A stretch of 64,000 bases of DNA from NCBI GenBank assembly GCA_963786415.1, contig CAWAZC010000003.1, forward strand, positions 535,720 to 599,719, written 5' to 3'. The translations under genes were made by a program, and so were the position numbers. Shown in pieces: positions 9,021 to 17,605 of the stretch (positions are counted from its first letter, which is position 1; the number at the start of each line of letters is the position of its first letter). Source of the stretch: an uncultured Actinomycetota bacterium. GTDB taxonomy: Bacteria > Actinomycetota > Actinomycetes > Propionibacteriales > Nocardioidaceae. The notes under the pieces are model-generated. The model searched no databases, had not been told where the DNA came from, and saw only the letters and a list, made by a program, of their open reading frames with translations.

Positions 9021-10789
9021 GCGGACGGCCGCGCCTCCTGCTCGGCCTGGCCTCCGTCGCCGTCGCCTTCGCCGCCGCCGACACCTACGTGGTGGTGCTG
9101 GCGCTGCCGGAGATGATGAACGCCGTCGGCGTCCCGATCGACCAGCTCCAGCGTGCCGCGCCGATCGTCTCCGGTTTCCTGCTCGGGTACGTCGCGATGC
9201 TGCCGCTGATCGGGCGGATCGCCGACCTGCGGGGGCGGGTGCCGGTGCTGGTCGCCGCGCTGGTGGTCTTCGCCGCCGGCTCCCTGATCACCGCCCTCGC
9301 CTACGACATGCCGAGCATGGTGACCGGCCGCTTCCTGCAGGGGGTCGGCGGCGGCGGGCTGGTGCCGGCCACCCTGGCCCTGGTCGCCGACCTCTATCCC
9401 GCCAAGCGCCGGGGCGTGCCTCTCGGCGTGGTGTCCGCCGTCCAGGAGATCGGCAGCGTCCTCGGACCGCTCTTCGGCGCCGTCGTGCTGGCGTTCGCCG
9501 ACTGGCGGGTGATCTTCATGATCAACCTCGGCGTCGGCCTGGTCCTCGCCCTGGCGATCCGAAGCGTGCCGTTTGGTACCAAACGGCAAGAAGACAGCCA
9601 GGTGGAATGCAGTTCGCCAACAATGGATCGTGCCAAGGACTGGCCTGGGATCGCCCTCCTCCTCGTCACCCTGGCCGCCGGCGTCCTGACCATGACCCAG
9701 CCAGGGCCCCTGCTCCGCGACCTCACCTGGGGCCAGGTATTCATCTCGTTCGTGTCGGACGGGCGCTGGCTGAGCCCGATCGGCCTCGTCGCCATGGTCG
9801 CGGCCGTGCTGCTGGTGATCCGCTGCCTGACCGCTGCACGCCCGCTGGTCGACCTGACCGGCTGGGCGGAGACGCTCCGCGCGGCCGACCTGACGGGCTC
9901 CCTGTTCCTCGGCGTCGCCCTGGCAGGGGTGATCCTCGCGTTCGCGACCGCCGACCCCAAGGTCCAGGTGTTCTCCGACCAGGGCCTCTGGTACCTCCTC
10001 GGCTCGGCCGTCGCTGCTCTTGCCTTCGCCTTGCACCTGCGGCGGGCCGAGGCACCGCTCGTCCCCCGCGGCGCGATGCGTCGTACGCCGGCCTGGGGCT
10101 CGCTCGCCGTCAGCTTCTTCGTGGGCGCCGCCCTGATCGCGGCGCTGATCGACATCCCCTTGTTCGCGCGGACGACGGTCCACTCCGACAGCCAGCTGAT
10201 GGCCGCGCTGGTGCTGGTCAGGTTCCTGATCGCGCTCCCGATCGGGGCGGTGCTCGGCGGCTACCTCAGCCGCGCCCTGCCTGCGGGCGTCGTCACTGCG
10301 GTGGGCATGACGTGCGCGGCGGTGGCCTTCGTGCTGATGAGCCGCTGGGGACTGACGACGCTCAACGACCTCGCGTCAAACGTCCCGCTCCTGCTCGGTG
10401 GCTTTGGGTTCGGGCTGGCCCTGGCGCCCGTCAACGCGGCCGTCCTGGCCAGCACCGACGACGACGTGCACGGCCTGGCGAGTGCTCTGGTCGTGGTCGC
10501 CCGGATGGTCGGCATGCTCGTCGGCATCTCGGCTCTGACCACCATCGGGCTGCGGCGCTACTACGCCGAGCAGGCCGACCTGCGCGACGTGCGGGACGTG
10601 TGCGACGGCGCGAGCCGGTGCGCCGAGTTCACCCGGCTGCTGAAGGTGGCCGGTATCGCCCAGGAGCAGACCGTCTTCCTCGGCGCGGCCCTCTGCGCCG
10701 TCGTGGCAGGCGTGCTCGCGCTGCTGCTCTTCCGCTCCGCGCGGACCCGATCCATCGATGCCGGCGAGATGCTGCGTTCGGCCGGGTGA
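9017..10789 (+). CDS. MFS transporter, P55/Rv1410c-like
   Basis: ADTYVVV, QLQRAAPIVSGFLLGYVAMLPLIGRIADLRGR, RRGVPLGVVSAVQEIGSVLGP, ARMVGMLVGISALT. Confidence 0.85.
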   Translation: MSGRPRLLLGLASVAVAFAAADTYVVVLALPEMMNAVGVPIDQLQRAAPIVSGFLLGYVAMLPLIGRIADLRGRVPVLVAALVVFAAGSLITALAYDMPSMVTGRFLQGVGGGGLVPATLALVADLYPAKRRGVPLGVVSAVQEIGSVLGPLFGAVVLAFADWRVIFMINLGVGLVLALAIRSVPFGTKRQEDSQVECSSPTMDRAKDWPGIALLLVTLAAGVLTMTQPGPLLRDLTWGQVFISFVSDGRWLSPIGLVAMVAAVLLVIRCLTAARPLVDLTGWAETLRAADLTGSLFLGVALAGVILAFATADPKVQVFSDQGLWYLLGSAVAALAFALHLRRAEAPLVPRGAMRRTPAWGSLAVSFFVGAALIAALIDIPLFARTTVHSDSQLMAALVLVRFLIALPIGAVLGGYLSRALPAGVVTAVGMTCAAVAFVLMSRWGLTTLNDLASNVPLLLGGFGFGLALAPVNAAVLASTDDDVHGLASALVVVARMVGMLVGISALTTIGLRRYYAEQADLRDVRDVCDGASRCAEFTRLLKVAGIAQEQTVFLGAALCAVVAGVLALLLFRSARTRSIDAGEMLRSAG

Positions 10790-10810
10790 GCCTCCGCTAA
10801 CGTCTCCCCC

Positions 10811-11299
10811 GTGTTCGACGACCTGATCGCGGCCAACCGGAAGTTCGCCGCAGACTTCGACCTCGGCGGCTTCGACGGTGTCGCCCACGCGGGCGTCGCG
10901 ATCGTGACCTGCATGGACTCGCGGATCGACCCGCTCCGGATGCTGGGTCTCGAGCACGGCGACGCGACGATCTTCCGCAACCCCGGCGGCCGGGTCACCA
11001 CGGCCGCCCTCGAGGCCCTCGTCCTCGGGGTGCACCTGCTCGGCGTCACCCGGATCCTGGTGGTCCCGCACACCCGCTGCGCGATGACCGCCCACTCCGA
11101 GGCCGAGCTGCGCGAACGCGTCGGGACGTCGGCCGGGCAGGACGCTTCGTGGCAGCAGTTCCACGTCATCGACGACCAGCTGGCCGCCCTCGAGGAGGAC
11201 GTCCGCAAGGTCCGGGCCCATCCGTTGATCCCCGACTCGGTCGAGGTGGGCGGCTTCCTGTACGACGTCGACACCGGCCTGATCGACCAGAAGGTCTGA
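10811..11299 (+). CDS. Beta-class carbonic anhydrase
   Basis: CMDSR, RNPGG, HTRC, GFLYDVDTG. Confidence 0.9.
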   Translation: MFDDLIAANRKFAADFDLGGFDGVAHAGVAIVTCMDSRIDPLRMLGLEHGDATIFRNPGGRVTTAALEALVLGVHLLGVTRILVVPHTRCAMTAHSEAELRERVGTSAGQDASWQQFHVIDDQLAALEEDVRKVRAHPLIPDSVEVGGFLYDVDTGLIDQKV

Positions 11300-11318
11300 C
11301 CGGACGTAACCTCGTCAC

Positions 11319-11402
11319 ATGGGCTTGCTCGAGATCCTGATCTTCCTGGCGCTGTTCGTGCTCGTGGTGTGGGCCGGCGTCAGCATCCTCCGCAAGCGCT
11401 GA
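11319..11402 (+). CDS. 27-aa single-pass membrane peptide (MGLLEILIFLALFVLVVWAGVSILRKR)
   Basis: Hand translation; hydrophobic core with basic tail, high GC3, TAACCT -10 6 nt upstream. Confidence 0.65.
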   Translation: MGLLEILIFLALFVLVVWAGVSILRKR

Positions 11403-11444
11403 CGCCCCGGGGCCGCACCACGCCCGGCCGATATCCTGCGGCCC

Positions 11445-12305
11445 GTGACCAAGACCTTCCTGCTCGGGCTCGGGTGCCAGAAGGGTGGGACGACCTGGCT
11501 CTACCGGTACCTGACGAGCTCTCCGCAGTTCGTGCCCGGGTATCGCAAGGAGTACCACCTGTTCGACTCCCTCCACCTGGAGTCGGGAGACGATGCGAGG
11601 CAGCGGTTGCTCACGACGGCGGCGAAGCACGCCGCCAACCCCCAGCCCGAGAACCCCCGCGCGGCTGGCTCCGTGCACCGGCTCTGCATGTTGCTCGATC
11701 CGCAGTACTACTTCGACTACTTCACGGGGCTGCTCCACAGGAGCCCGGACACGCGGCTGGTGGCCGACGTGACGCCGGCGTACAGCTTGCTGCCCTCGGC
11801 GGTCCTCCAGCAGATTCGGGACGACTTCGGGAAACGGGGGATCACCACGCTGCCGGTGTTCCTGATGCGCGACCCCGTCGAGCGCATCTGGTCGCACATG
11901 CGCATGCTTGCCCGGGTCCACCCGGAGCACGAGGCCGCCCGGACGGAGTCCGGGGAGTTCGTCCTCGCTCACTACTCGCATCCGGACTACGCGAGCCGGA
12001 CCGCCTACGACGAGACCATCCGGAAGCTCGACAGCGCCTTCGGTCCCGACGAGATCTACTACGGCTTCTACGAACTGCTCTTCACCGACACCGAGGTCCG
12101 CCGGTTGTGCGATCGCGCCGGAATCGACTTCGTCGAACCCAGTTTCGACCAGCGCCCCAACGTCTCGCCCAAGGACTTCGACCTCCCAGAAGACACCGTT
12201 CGGACCGTGGCCGAGCACTACCGCGGGGTCTACCACGCAGTGGCCGAGCGGTTCCCTGAGGTGTCGCTCGGCGAGCTGTGGCCGAGCAGCCGGTTCGTGC
12301 TCTGA
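11445..12305 (+). CDS. Sulfotransferase family protein
   Basis: GCQKGGTTWL (5'-PSB), KEYHLFD, DVTPAY, MRDPVERIWS (3'-PB). Confidence 0.85.
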   Translation: MTKTFLLGLGCQKGGTTWLYRYLTSSPQFVPGYRKEYHLFDSLHLESGDDARQRLLTTAAKHAANPQPENPRAAGSVHRLCMLLDPQYYFDYFTGLLHRSPDTRLVADVTPAYSLLPSAVLQQIRDDFGKRGITTLPVFLMRDPVERIWSHMRMLARVHPEHEAARTESGEFVLAHYSHPDYASRTAYDETIRKLDSAFGPDEIYYGFYELLFTDTEVRRLCDRAGIDFVEPSFDQRPNVSPKDFDLPEDTVRTVAEHYRGVYHAVAERFPEVSLGELWPSSRFVL

Positions 12306-12317
12306 GGCCGGCGTGAC

Positions 12318-14378
12318 TCAGGCGTCCAGCGCCTCGACATCGACCTCGTAGGCGCCCTGCACGATGAACTCCTTGCGCGGCGCCACCTCGGACCCCATCA
12401 GCAGCTCGAAGACTCGTGCGGCCTCGTCGGCGTCGTCGATGGTGATCCGCCGGAGAGTACGACGGCGCGGGTCCATCGTCGTCTCGGCCAGCTGGTCGGC
12501 GTCCATCTCACCGAGCCCCTTGTAGCGCTGGACCGGGTCCTTCCACCGCACGTTCTTCTTGGACAGCTCCGCCAGCTTCCGCTGCAGCTCGTCGTCGGAG
12601 TAGGTGTAGACGTACTTGTCCATCCCCTTCTTGGGGTTGGTGAGCTCGATCCGGTGCAACGGCGGCACGGCGGTGTAGACCCGGCCCTCGGTGATCAGGT
12701 CGGGCATGTACTTGAAGAACAGCGTGGCCAGCAGGCACCGGATGTGGGCGCCGTCGGAGTCGGCGTCAGCCATGAAGATGATCCGGCCGTACCGACGCGC
12801 CTCGAGGTCGAACGTGCGGCCGGAGCCGGCGCCGACGACCTGGATGATCGAGGCGCACTCGGCGTTCTTCAGCATGTCGCCGACCGAGGCCTTCTGGACG
12901 TTCAGGATCTTGCCCCGGATCGGCAGCAGCGCCTGGAACTCGGAGTTGCGGGCGTCCTTGGCGGTGCCGAGTGCGGAGTCACCCTCGACGATGAACAGCT
13001 CGGTGCGCTCGTTGTCGTTGGCCCGGCAGTCCCGCAGCTTGGCGGGAAGGGCCGAAGACTCCAGGGCGTTCTTGCGACGCTGGGTCTCCTTGTGCTGTCG
13101 GGCCGCGAGCCGGGTCTTCGAGGCACCGACGACCTTCTCCATGACCAGCTTGGCCTGGGCCTTCTCGGCACGCTTGTTGGAGGTGAGGAACTTCTTCAGC
13201 TCGCCCGACACCACGCGGCGTACGACGCTGCGGGCCGCCGGCGTGCCGAGGATCTCCTTGGTCTGCCCCTCGAACTGGGGCTCGGCCAGCCGCACGGTGA
13301 CCACCGCCGTCAGCCCCTCGAGGACGTCGTCCTTGATGACGTTGTCGTCGTTGACCCGGAGCGCCTTGGTCGTCCGCATCACGTCGTTGAACGTCGTGGT
13401 CAACGCGGACTCGAAGCCGCTCAGGTGCGTCCCGCCCTTGGGGGTGGCGATGACGTTGACGAAGGACCGAATCTCGGTGTCGTAGCCGGTGTTCCACCGC
13501 ACCGCCACGTCGACCTGGAGCTCCCGCTCGACCTCCTGGGGCGTCATGTGGCCCTTGTCGTCGAGCAGCGGGACGGTCTCGGTGAAGGTCTCGGCGCCCT
13601 GCAGCCGCAGCACGTCGGTCACCGGCTCGCCGGTGGAGAGGAACTCGGTGAACTCGGTGATCCCGCCGTCGTGGCGGAACTTCTCCTCACGGGGGTCGGG
13701 GCCGCGGAGGTCGCGGATGACCAGCTCCAGCCCCGGCACGATGTAGGACGTCTGACGGGCCCGGGTGACCAGCTCGTCGAAGACGAACCTGGCGTCCTTG
13801 GTGAAGATCTGGCGGTCCGGCCAGAACCGCACCCGGGTGCCGGTCTTGCCCTTGGCCACCCGCTTGCCCTTGCGGGTCAGTCCCGACCTGGGCTCGAACG
13901 GGGCCTTCGGGCCGTCGCCGGCGAACACCCCAGCCGCTCCGCGCCGGAAGGAGATGCCCTGCTGGGACGGGGAGCGGTCGACGTCGACGTCGAGCCGGGA
14001 GGAGAGCGCGTTGACGACCGACGCACCGACGCCGTGCAGGCCTCCGGTGGCGACGTACGAGCCGCCGCCGAACTTCCCGCCGGCGTGCAGGTGGGTGTAG
14101 ACGACCTCGACGCCGGGCAGACCGGTCTTCGGCTCCTTGTCGACCGGGATGCCCCGGCCGTCGTCGTGGACCTCGGCCGAGTCGTCGGGGTGCAGCGTCA
14201 CCTCGATGCGCTTGGCCGCCCCCGCCAGCGCCTCGTCGACCCCGTTGTCGATGATCTCCCACAGACAGTGCATCAGGCCGCGGGTGTCGGTGGAGCCGAT
14301 GTACATGCCGGGCCGCTTGCGGACGGCCTCGAGGCCCTCGAGGACCAGGAGATGCGCCGCGTTGTAGGTGTTGTCGAT
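12318..14378 (-). CDS. parE: DNA topoisomerase IV subunit B (GyrB/ParE family); probable ATC start
   Basis: LEGLEAVRKRPGMYIGST, EIIDNGVDE, GGLHGVG, VEGDSALG, PIRGKILN, DADSDG, RYKGLGEM. SD AGGAG 7 nt before ATC. Confidence 0.9.
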   Translation of the reverse strand: MDNTYNAAHLLVLEGLEAVRKRPGMYIGSTDTRGLMHCLWEIIDNGVDEALAGAAKRIEVTLHPDDSAEVHDDGRGIPVDKEPKTGLPGVEVVYTHLHAGGKFGGGSYVATGGLHGVGASVVNALSSRLDVDVDRSPSQQGISFRRGAAGVFAGDGPKAPFEPRSGLTRKGKRVAKGKTGTRVRFWPDRQIFTKDARFVFDELVTRARQTSYIVPGLELVIRDLRGPDPREEKFRHDGGITEFTEFLSTGEPVTDVLRLQGAETFTETVPLLDDKGHMTPQEVERELQVDVAVRWNTGYDTEIRSFVNVIATPKGGTHLSGFESALTTTFNDVMRTTKALRVNDDNVIKDDVLEGLTAVVTVRLAEPQFEGQTKEILGTPAARSVVRRVVSGELKKFLTSNKRAEKAQAKLVMEKVVGASKTRLAARQHKETQRRKNALESSALPAKLRDCRANDNERTELFIVEGDSALGTAKDARNSEFQALLPIRGKILNVQKASVGDMLKNAECASIIQVVGAGSGRTFDLEARRYGRIIFMADADSDGAHIRCLLATLFFKYMPDLITEGRVYTAVPPLHRIELTNPKKGMDKYVYTYSDDELQRKLAELSKKNVRWKDPVQRYKGLGEMDADQLAETTMDPRRRTLRRITIDDADEAARVFELLMGSEVAPRKEFIVQGAYEVDVEALDA

Positions 14379-14401
14379 CGTGGGGCTCCTGCTGGTTCGT
14401 C

Positions 14402-14420
14402 GGTCGAGCCTGTCGAGACC
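14402..14420. repeat. REP-like imperfect palindrome GGTCGAGCCTGTCGAGACC in the parE leader
   Basis: GGTC..TCGA/TCGA..GACC symmetry; resembles repeats I recall from Nocardioides-like genomes. Confidence 0.55.
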
Positions 14421-14724
14421 CAATCCGAGTCGTTCTCTGCACCGAATCTACCTGCGACACGCCGACAGGCGGCGAAGGCTCGCTTGCCGGGAGATCGACC
14501 GGGAGCGGGACTACCTTGTTCGACAACATGGTGTGTGGTTCACGTCACGAAGCGGGCACGATCCGCGCTCGAGTTTGGGCGTATCGCAACCTGACGACTC
14601 TCGCACCGTCACACTCGTACCACCGCAGTCGTCTAGACCGTCACCCGCTCCCGGGCATGGATCCGGCGGGACGTGGGTAGAAGTGCTCCGTGACCGAGGA
14701 AGTGTCAGGCAACACCCCGAGGCG

Positions 14725-14751
14725 GGAATCTTTGATCCCGGCCACTACGTT
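14725..14751 (+). promoter_or_regulatory. SigR/SigH-type ECF promoter (GGAAT-N19-GTT)
   Basis: GGAAT 14725-14729 and GTT 14749-14751, upstream of the Cys/His-rich small protein. Confidence 0.55.
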
Positions 14752-14785
14752 GGACATGACACCGATGAAGAGAAATGAGGCCGAT

Positions 14786-15019
14786 GTGACAACTGCTGTT
14801 GCCCCCGATACTCACGTGTTGAGTGCCGAGGACCGCTGCGACCGCTGCGGTGCCCAGGCCTACCTTCGCGTCGAGCTCCATGCCGGCGGCGAGCTTCTCT
14901 TCTGCGCTCACCACGCGCGAGAGCACGGAGACAAGCTCCGTCAGGTCGCCGTGAACTTCGTGGACGAGACCCACAAGCTCACCGACACGCCCGCACCCGC
15001 CGCCGTCGACGAGTTCTGA
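14786..15019 (+). CDS. Small conserved putative zinc-binding protein (DUF7455-like)
   Basis: DRCDRCGAQAY..LLFCAHH; GAGG SD before the GTG. Confidence 0.8.
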   Translation: MTTAVAPDTHVLSAEDRCDRCGAQAYLRVELHAGGELLFCAHHAREHGDKLRQVAVNFVDETHKLTDTPAPAAVDEF

Positions 15020-15043
15020 CCGCTCCCTGACCCAGACCTTTTC

Positions 15044-15073
15044 GCGGCCCCGGACCTTCTGGTCCGGGGCCGC
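15044..15073 (+). terminator. Intrinsic terminator-like hairpin
   Basis: GCGGCCCCGGACC-TTCT-GGTCCGGGGCCGC, 13-bp perfect stem. Confidence 0.7.
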
Positions 15074-15120
15074 CTTCACGTCCGGAACCGCCGCCTCGGC
15101 CCTGTGGGAGGGTGTGCCGC

Positions 15121-15597
15121 ATGTCCCTGACCGAAGTCCTGGTGGGCGTCGCGATCGCCGTCGGGCTGATCGGCATTCTCGTGCCGATCCTGCCCGGAAG
15201 CGCGCTGATCCTGGTGGCGATCCTGGTGTGGGCGATCGAGCTCGGCTCCGCCACCGGCTGGGCCGTCTTCGGGGTCGCGGCCGGCTTCCTGGTGGTCGGC
15301 ACGATCGTCAAGTACGCCGTCCCGGGCCGGCAGCTCAAGGACGCGGGCATCCCGGCCTCGACCCAGTGGACCGGGGTGGCACTGGCCGTGCCCGGCTTCT
15401 TCGTGGTCCCGGTGGTCGGCCTGTTCGTGGGCTTCGTGGCCGGGATCTACCTCGCGGAGCGGCGCCGGCTCGGCGCGGGCGCGGCGTGGCCGTCGACGCG
15501 GTCGGCCCTGCGGGCCGTCGGCGTGAGCATCCTGATCGAGCTCACCGCCGGGATGCTCGCCGCCGGCACGTGGGTGGTGGGCGTGGTGGTCACCTGA
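15121..15597 (+). CDS. DUF456 family membrane protein
   Basis: GILVPILPG, GFFVVPVVGLFVGFVAGIYLAE. Confidence 0.8.
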   Translation: MSLTEVLVGVAIAVGLIGILVPILPGSALILVAILVWAIELGSATGWAVFGVAAGFLVVGTIVKYAVPGRQLKDAGIPASTQWTGVALAVPGFFVVPVVGLFVGFVAGIYLAERRRLGAGAAWPSTRSALRAVGVSILIELTAGMLAAGTWVVGVVVT

Positions 15598-16440
15598 TGG
15601 CGATCCTGCTCGCGCTCGCCTCCGCCCTGGCCTACGGTCTGTCCGACTTCATCGGCGGCCTGGTGTCCCGTCGCACCTCTGCGTGGTCGGTCGCCGTGGT
15701 CGGCTCACTGACCGCCGCCGTATGTACGGCGGCCGTCGCCACCTTCGTCCCCGGTGACCCGGGTCTCGCCCACCTCGCCTGGGCGGTCCTCGCCGGGCTC
15801 GGCAGCGGCGCAGGCGCCGGGTTCCTCTACCGCGGCTTCGCCGCCGGACGGATGGGCGTCGTCGCGCCCGTGTCGGCCGTCGGCGCGGCCGTGGTCCCGC
15901 TGCTCGTCGGGGTGGTCTCGGGCGAACGGCCTGCCCTGCTGGCCTGGGTCGGCATCGCCGTCGCCCTCCCCGGGATCTGGCTGGTCTCCCGGGAGCCGGT
16001 GCCCGAGGACGCCGCACAGCGGTCGGCCACCGCTGCGGGTGTGGTCGACGGTCTGCTGGCGGGCCTCGGGTTCGGAGTGCTGTTCGCCGCCCTGGGCCAG
16101 ATCCCCGACTCCGCCGGACTGTGGCCACTGGCCCTCACCCAGCTGTTGTCGGTGCCGGCGGTGGTCATCATCGCCGGGCTGCTGCGTGAGCGGTGGCTGC
16201 CGCGGCACCGGGCCGCGTGGCACGCCGTGTGGTGCGGGCTGCTGAGCACGGTCGCGACCGCGACGTTCCTGTTCGCCACCCAGCGCGGCTTCCTCACCGA
16301 TCTCAGGGGTCCTCGCCTCGCTCTACCCCGCCTTCACGATCCTGCTGGCGGCCGTCGTCCTGAAGGAGCACATCCACCGCGCCCAGGCGGTCGGGCTGGC
16401 CCTCTGCGGCGGGGCCGTCGCGTTGGTCGCCGCCGGCTGA
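15597..16440 (+). pseudogene. EamA/DMT family transporter with a +1 frameshift near 16298 (possible sequencing error)
   Basis: ALAYGLSDFIGG, GRMGVVAPVSA; the C-terminus VLASLYPAFTILLAAVVLKE continues in a shifted frame to TGA 16440. Confidence 0.75.
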
Positions 16441-16487
16441 CCGCCAGCCTCGGGCCCCGCTGCGCAGCGCGGGGGCAGACTGGTCAC

Positions 16488-17605
16488 GTGCACCTGCCCG
16501 GAGCGCAGCGTCTGCTCGCGACCCTTGGCCTGCTGGCCGCGGCCGCCTGCAGCGCCGAGGCGCCCGGCGCGCAGCCCGCGGAGCCCTCGAGTCGTTCATC
16601 ATCCGTCGGTTTCCCCGGCCAGCCGGAGAAACCGACGCCGACGGAGCCTCCGGCCGTGCAGCCGGTCACCACGCTCATCGTGGTCGGCGACATCATGCTC
16701 GGCCGGGGGGTCGCCCAGCAGCCGGGCGGGGCCGCGGCCCGGCTGCGACCGCTGGCACCGCACCTCCGGGCGGCCGACCTGACCGTCGGCAACCTCGAGA
16801 GCACGCTGTCCGACGACGGTCCGCCACTGCAGGGCGGCGACTCCTTCTCCGCGCCTCCGGCCGTCCTCGCCGCCCTGGCCGGCGCCGGCGTCGACGCGCT
16901 CTCGCTGGCCAACAACCACACCGGTGACTACGGCGAACCTGCTCTTCTTCAGACCATCGGGGCGTTCCGGGCCCGCCGGATCGAGGCCTTCGGCGCCGGG
17001 CGGGACCTGCGGGCGGCGAGCCGGGCCGCCGTACTCACCCGGAACGGTGTCCGGTTCGGCTTCCTCGGCTTCAACGCGATCGGCGAGACGCCGCGGGCGA
17101 CCAGGCAGACAGCGGGTGCCCTGTCGGTGCGGATGCCGCCGCGCACCGGGCCGCTCAACCGGGCCGACCTGGCCCATGTCGTCGGCGCGATCCGGAGGCT
17201 CGAGGAGCGGGTCGACGTCGTCGTGGTGGTTCCCCACTGGGGCACGCAGTACACCCACGTCGCCGAGCCGGTCCAGTCCCTGGTCGGGCGACGGCTCGTC
17301 GATGCCGGTGCGGACCTCGTCGTCGGCGGGCACCCGCACTGGGTGCAGGGCCTGGAGACGGTACGACGGGGCAGTCATTGCCCACTCCCTCGGCAACTTC
17401 GTCTTCGACATGGACTTCATGGAGCAGACGATGGAAGGCGTGACCCTGACCGCCCGGTTCCGCGGCGACCGGCTGCGCGGCGTCGAGCTCACGCCCTACC
17501 GCCTCGACGCCACGTTCACCCCGCGCCGCGTCACCGGCCCGGCGGCTGCGAGCGATCCTCCGGGACGTGCACACCCACGACATCGGGTCTGCTCCCGAGG
17601 GCTGA
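16488..17605 (+). pseudogene. CapA/PGA_cap metallophosphoesterase-like lipoprotein with +1 frameshifts near 17358 and 17551 (possible sequencing errors)
   Basis: VGDIMLGR, GNLES, LANNH, PHWG, GGHPHWVQG; HSLGNFVFD lies in the next frame. Confidence 0.75.
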
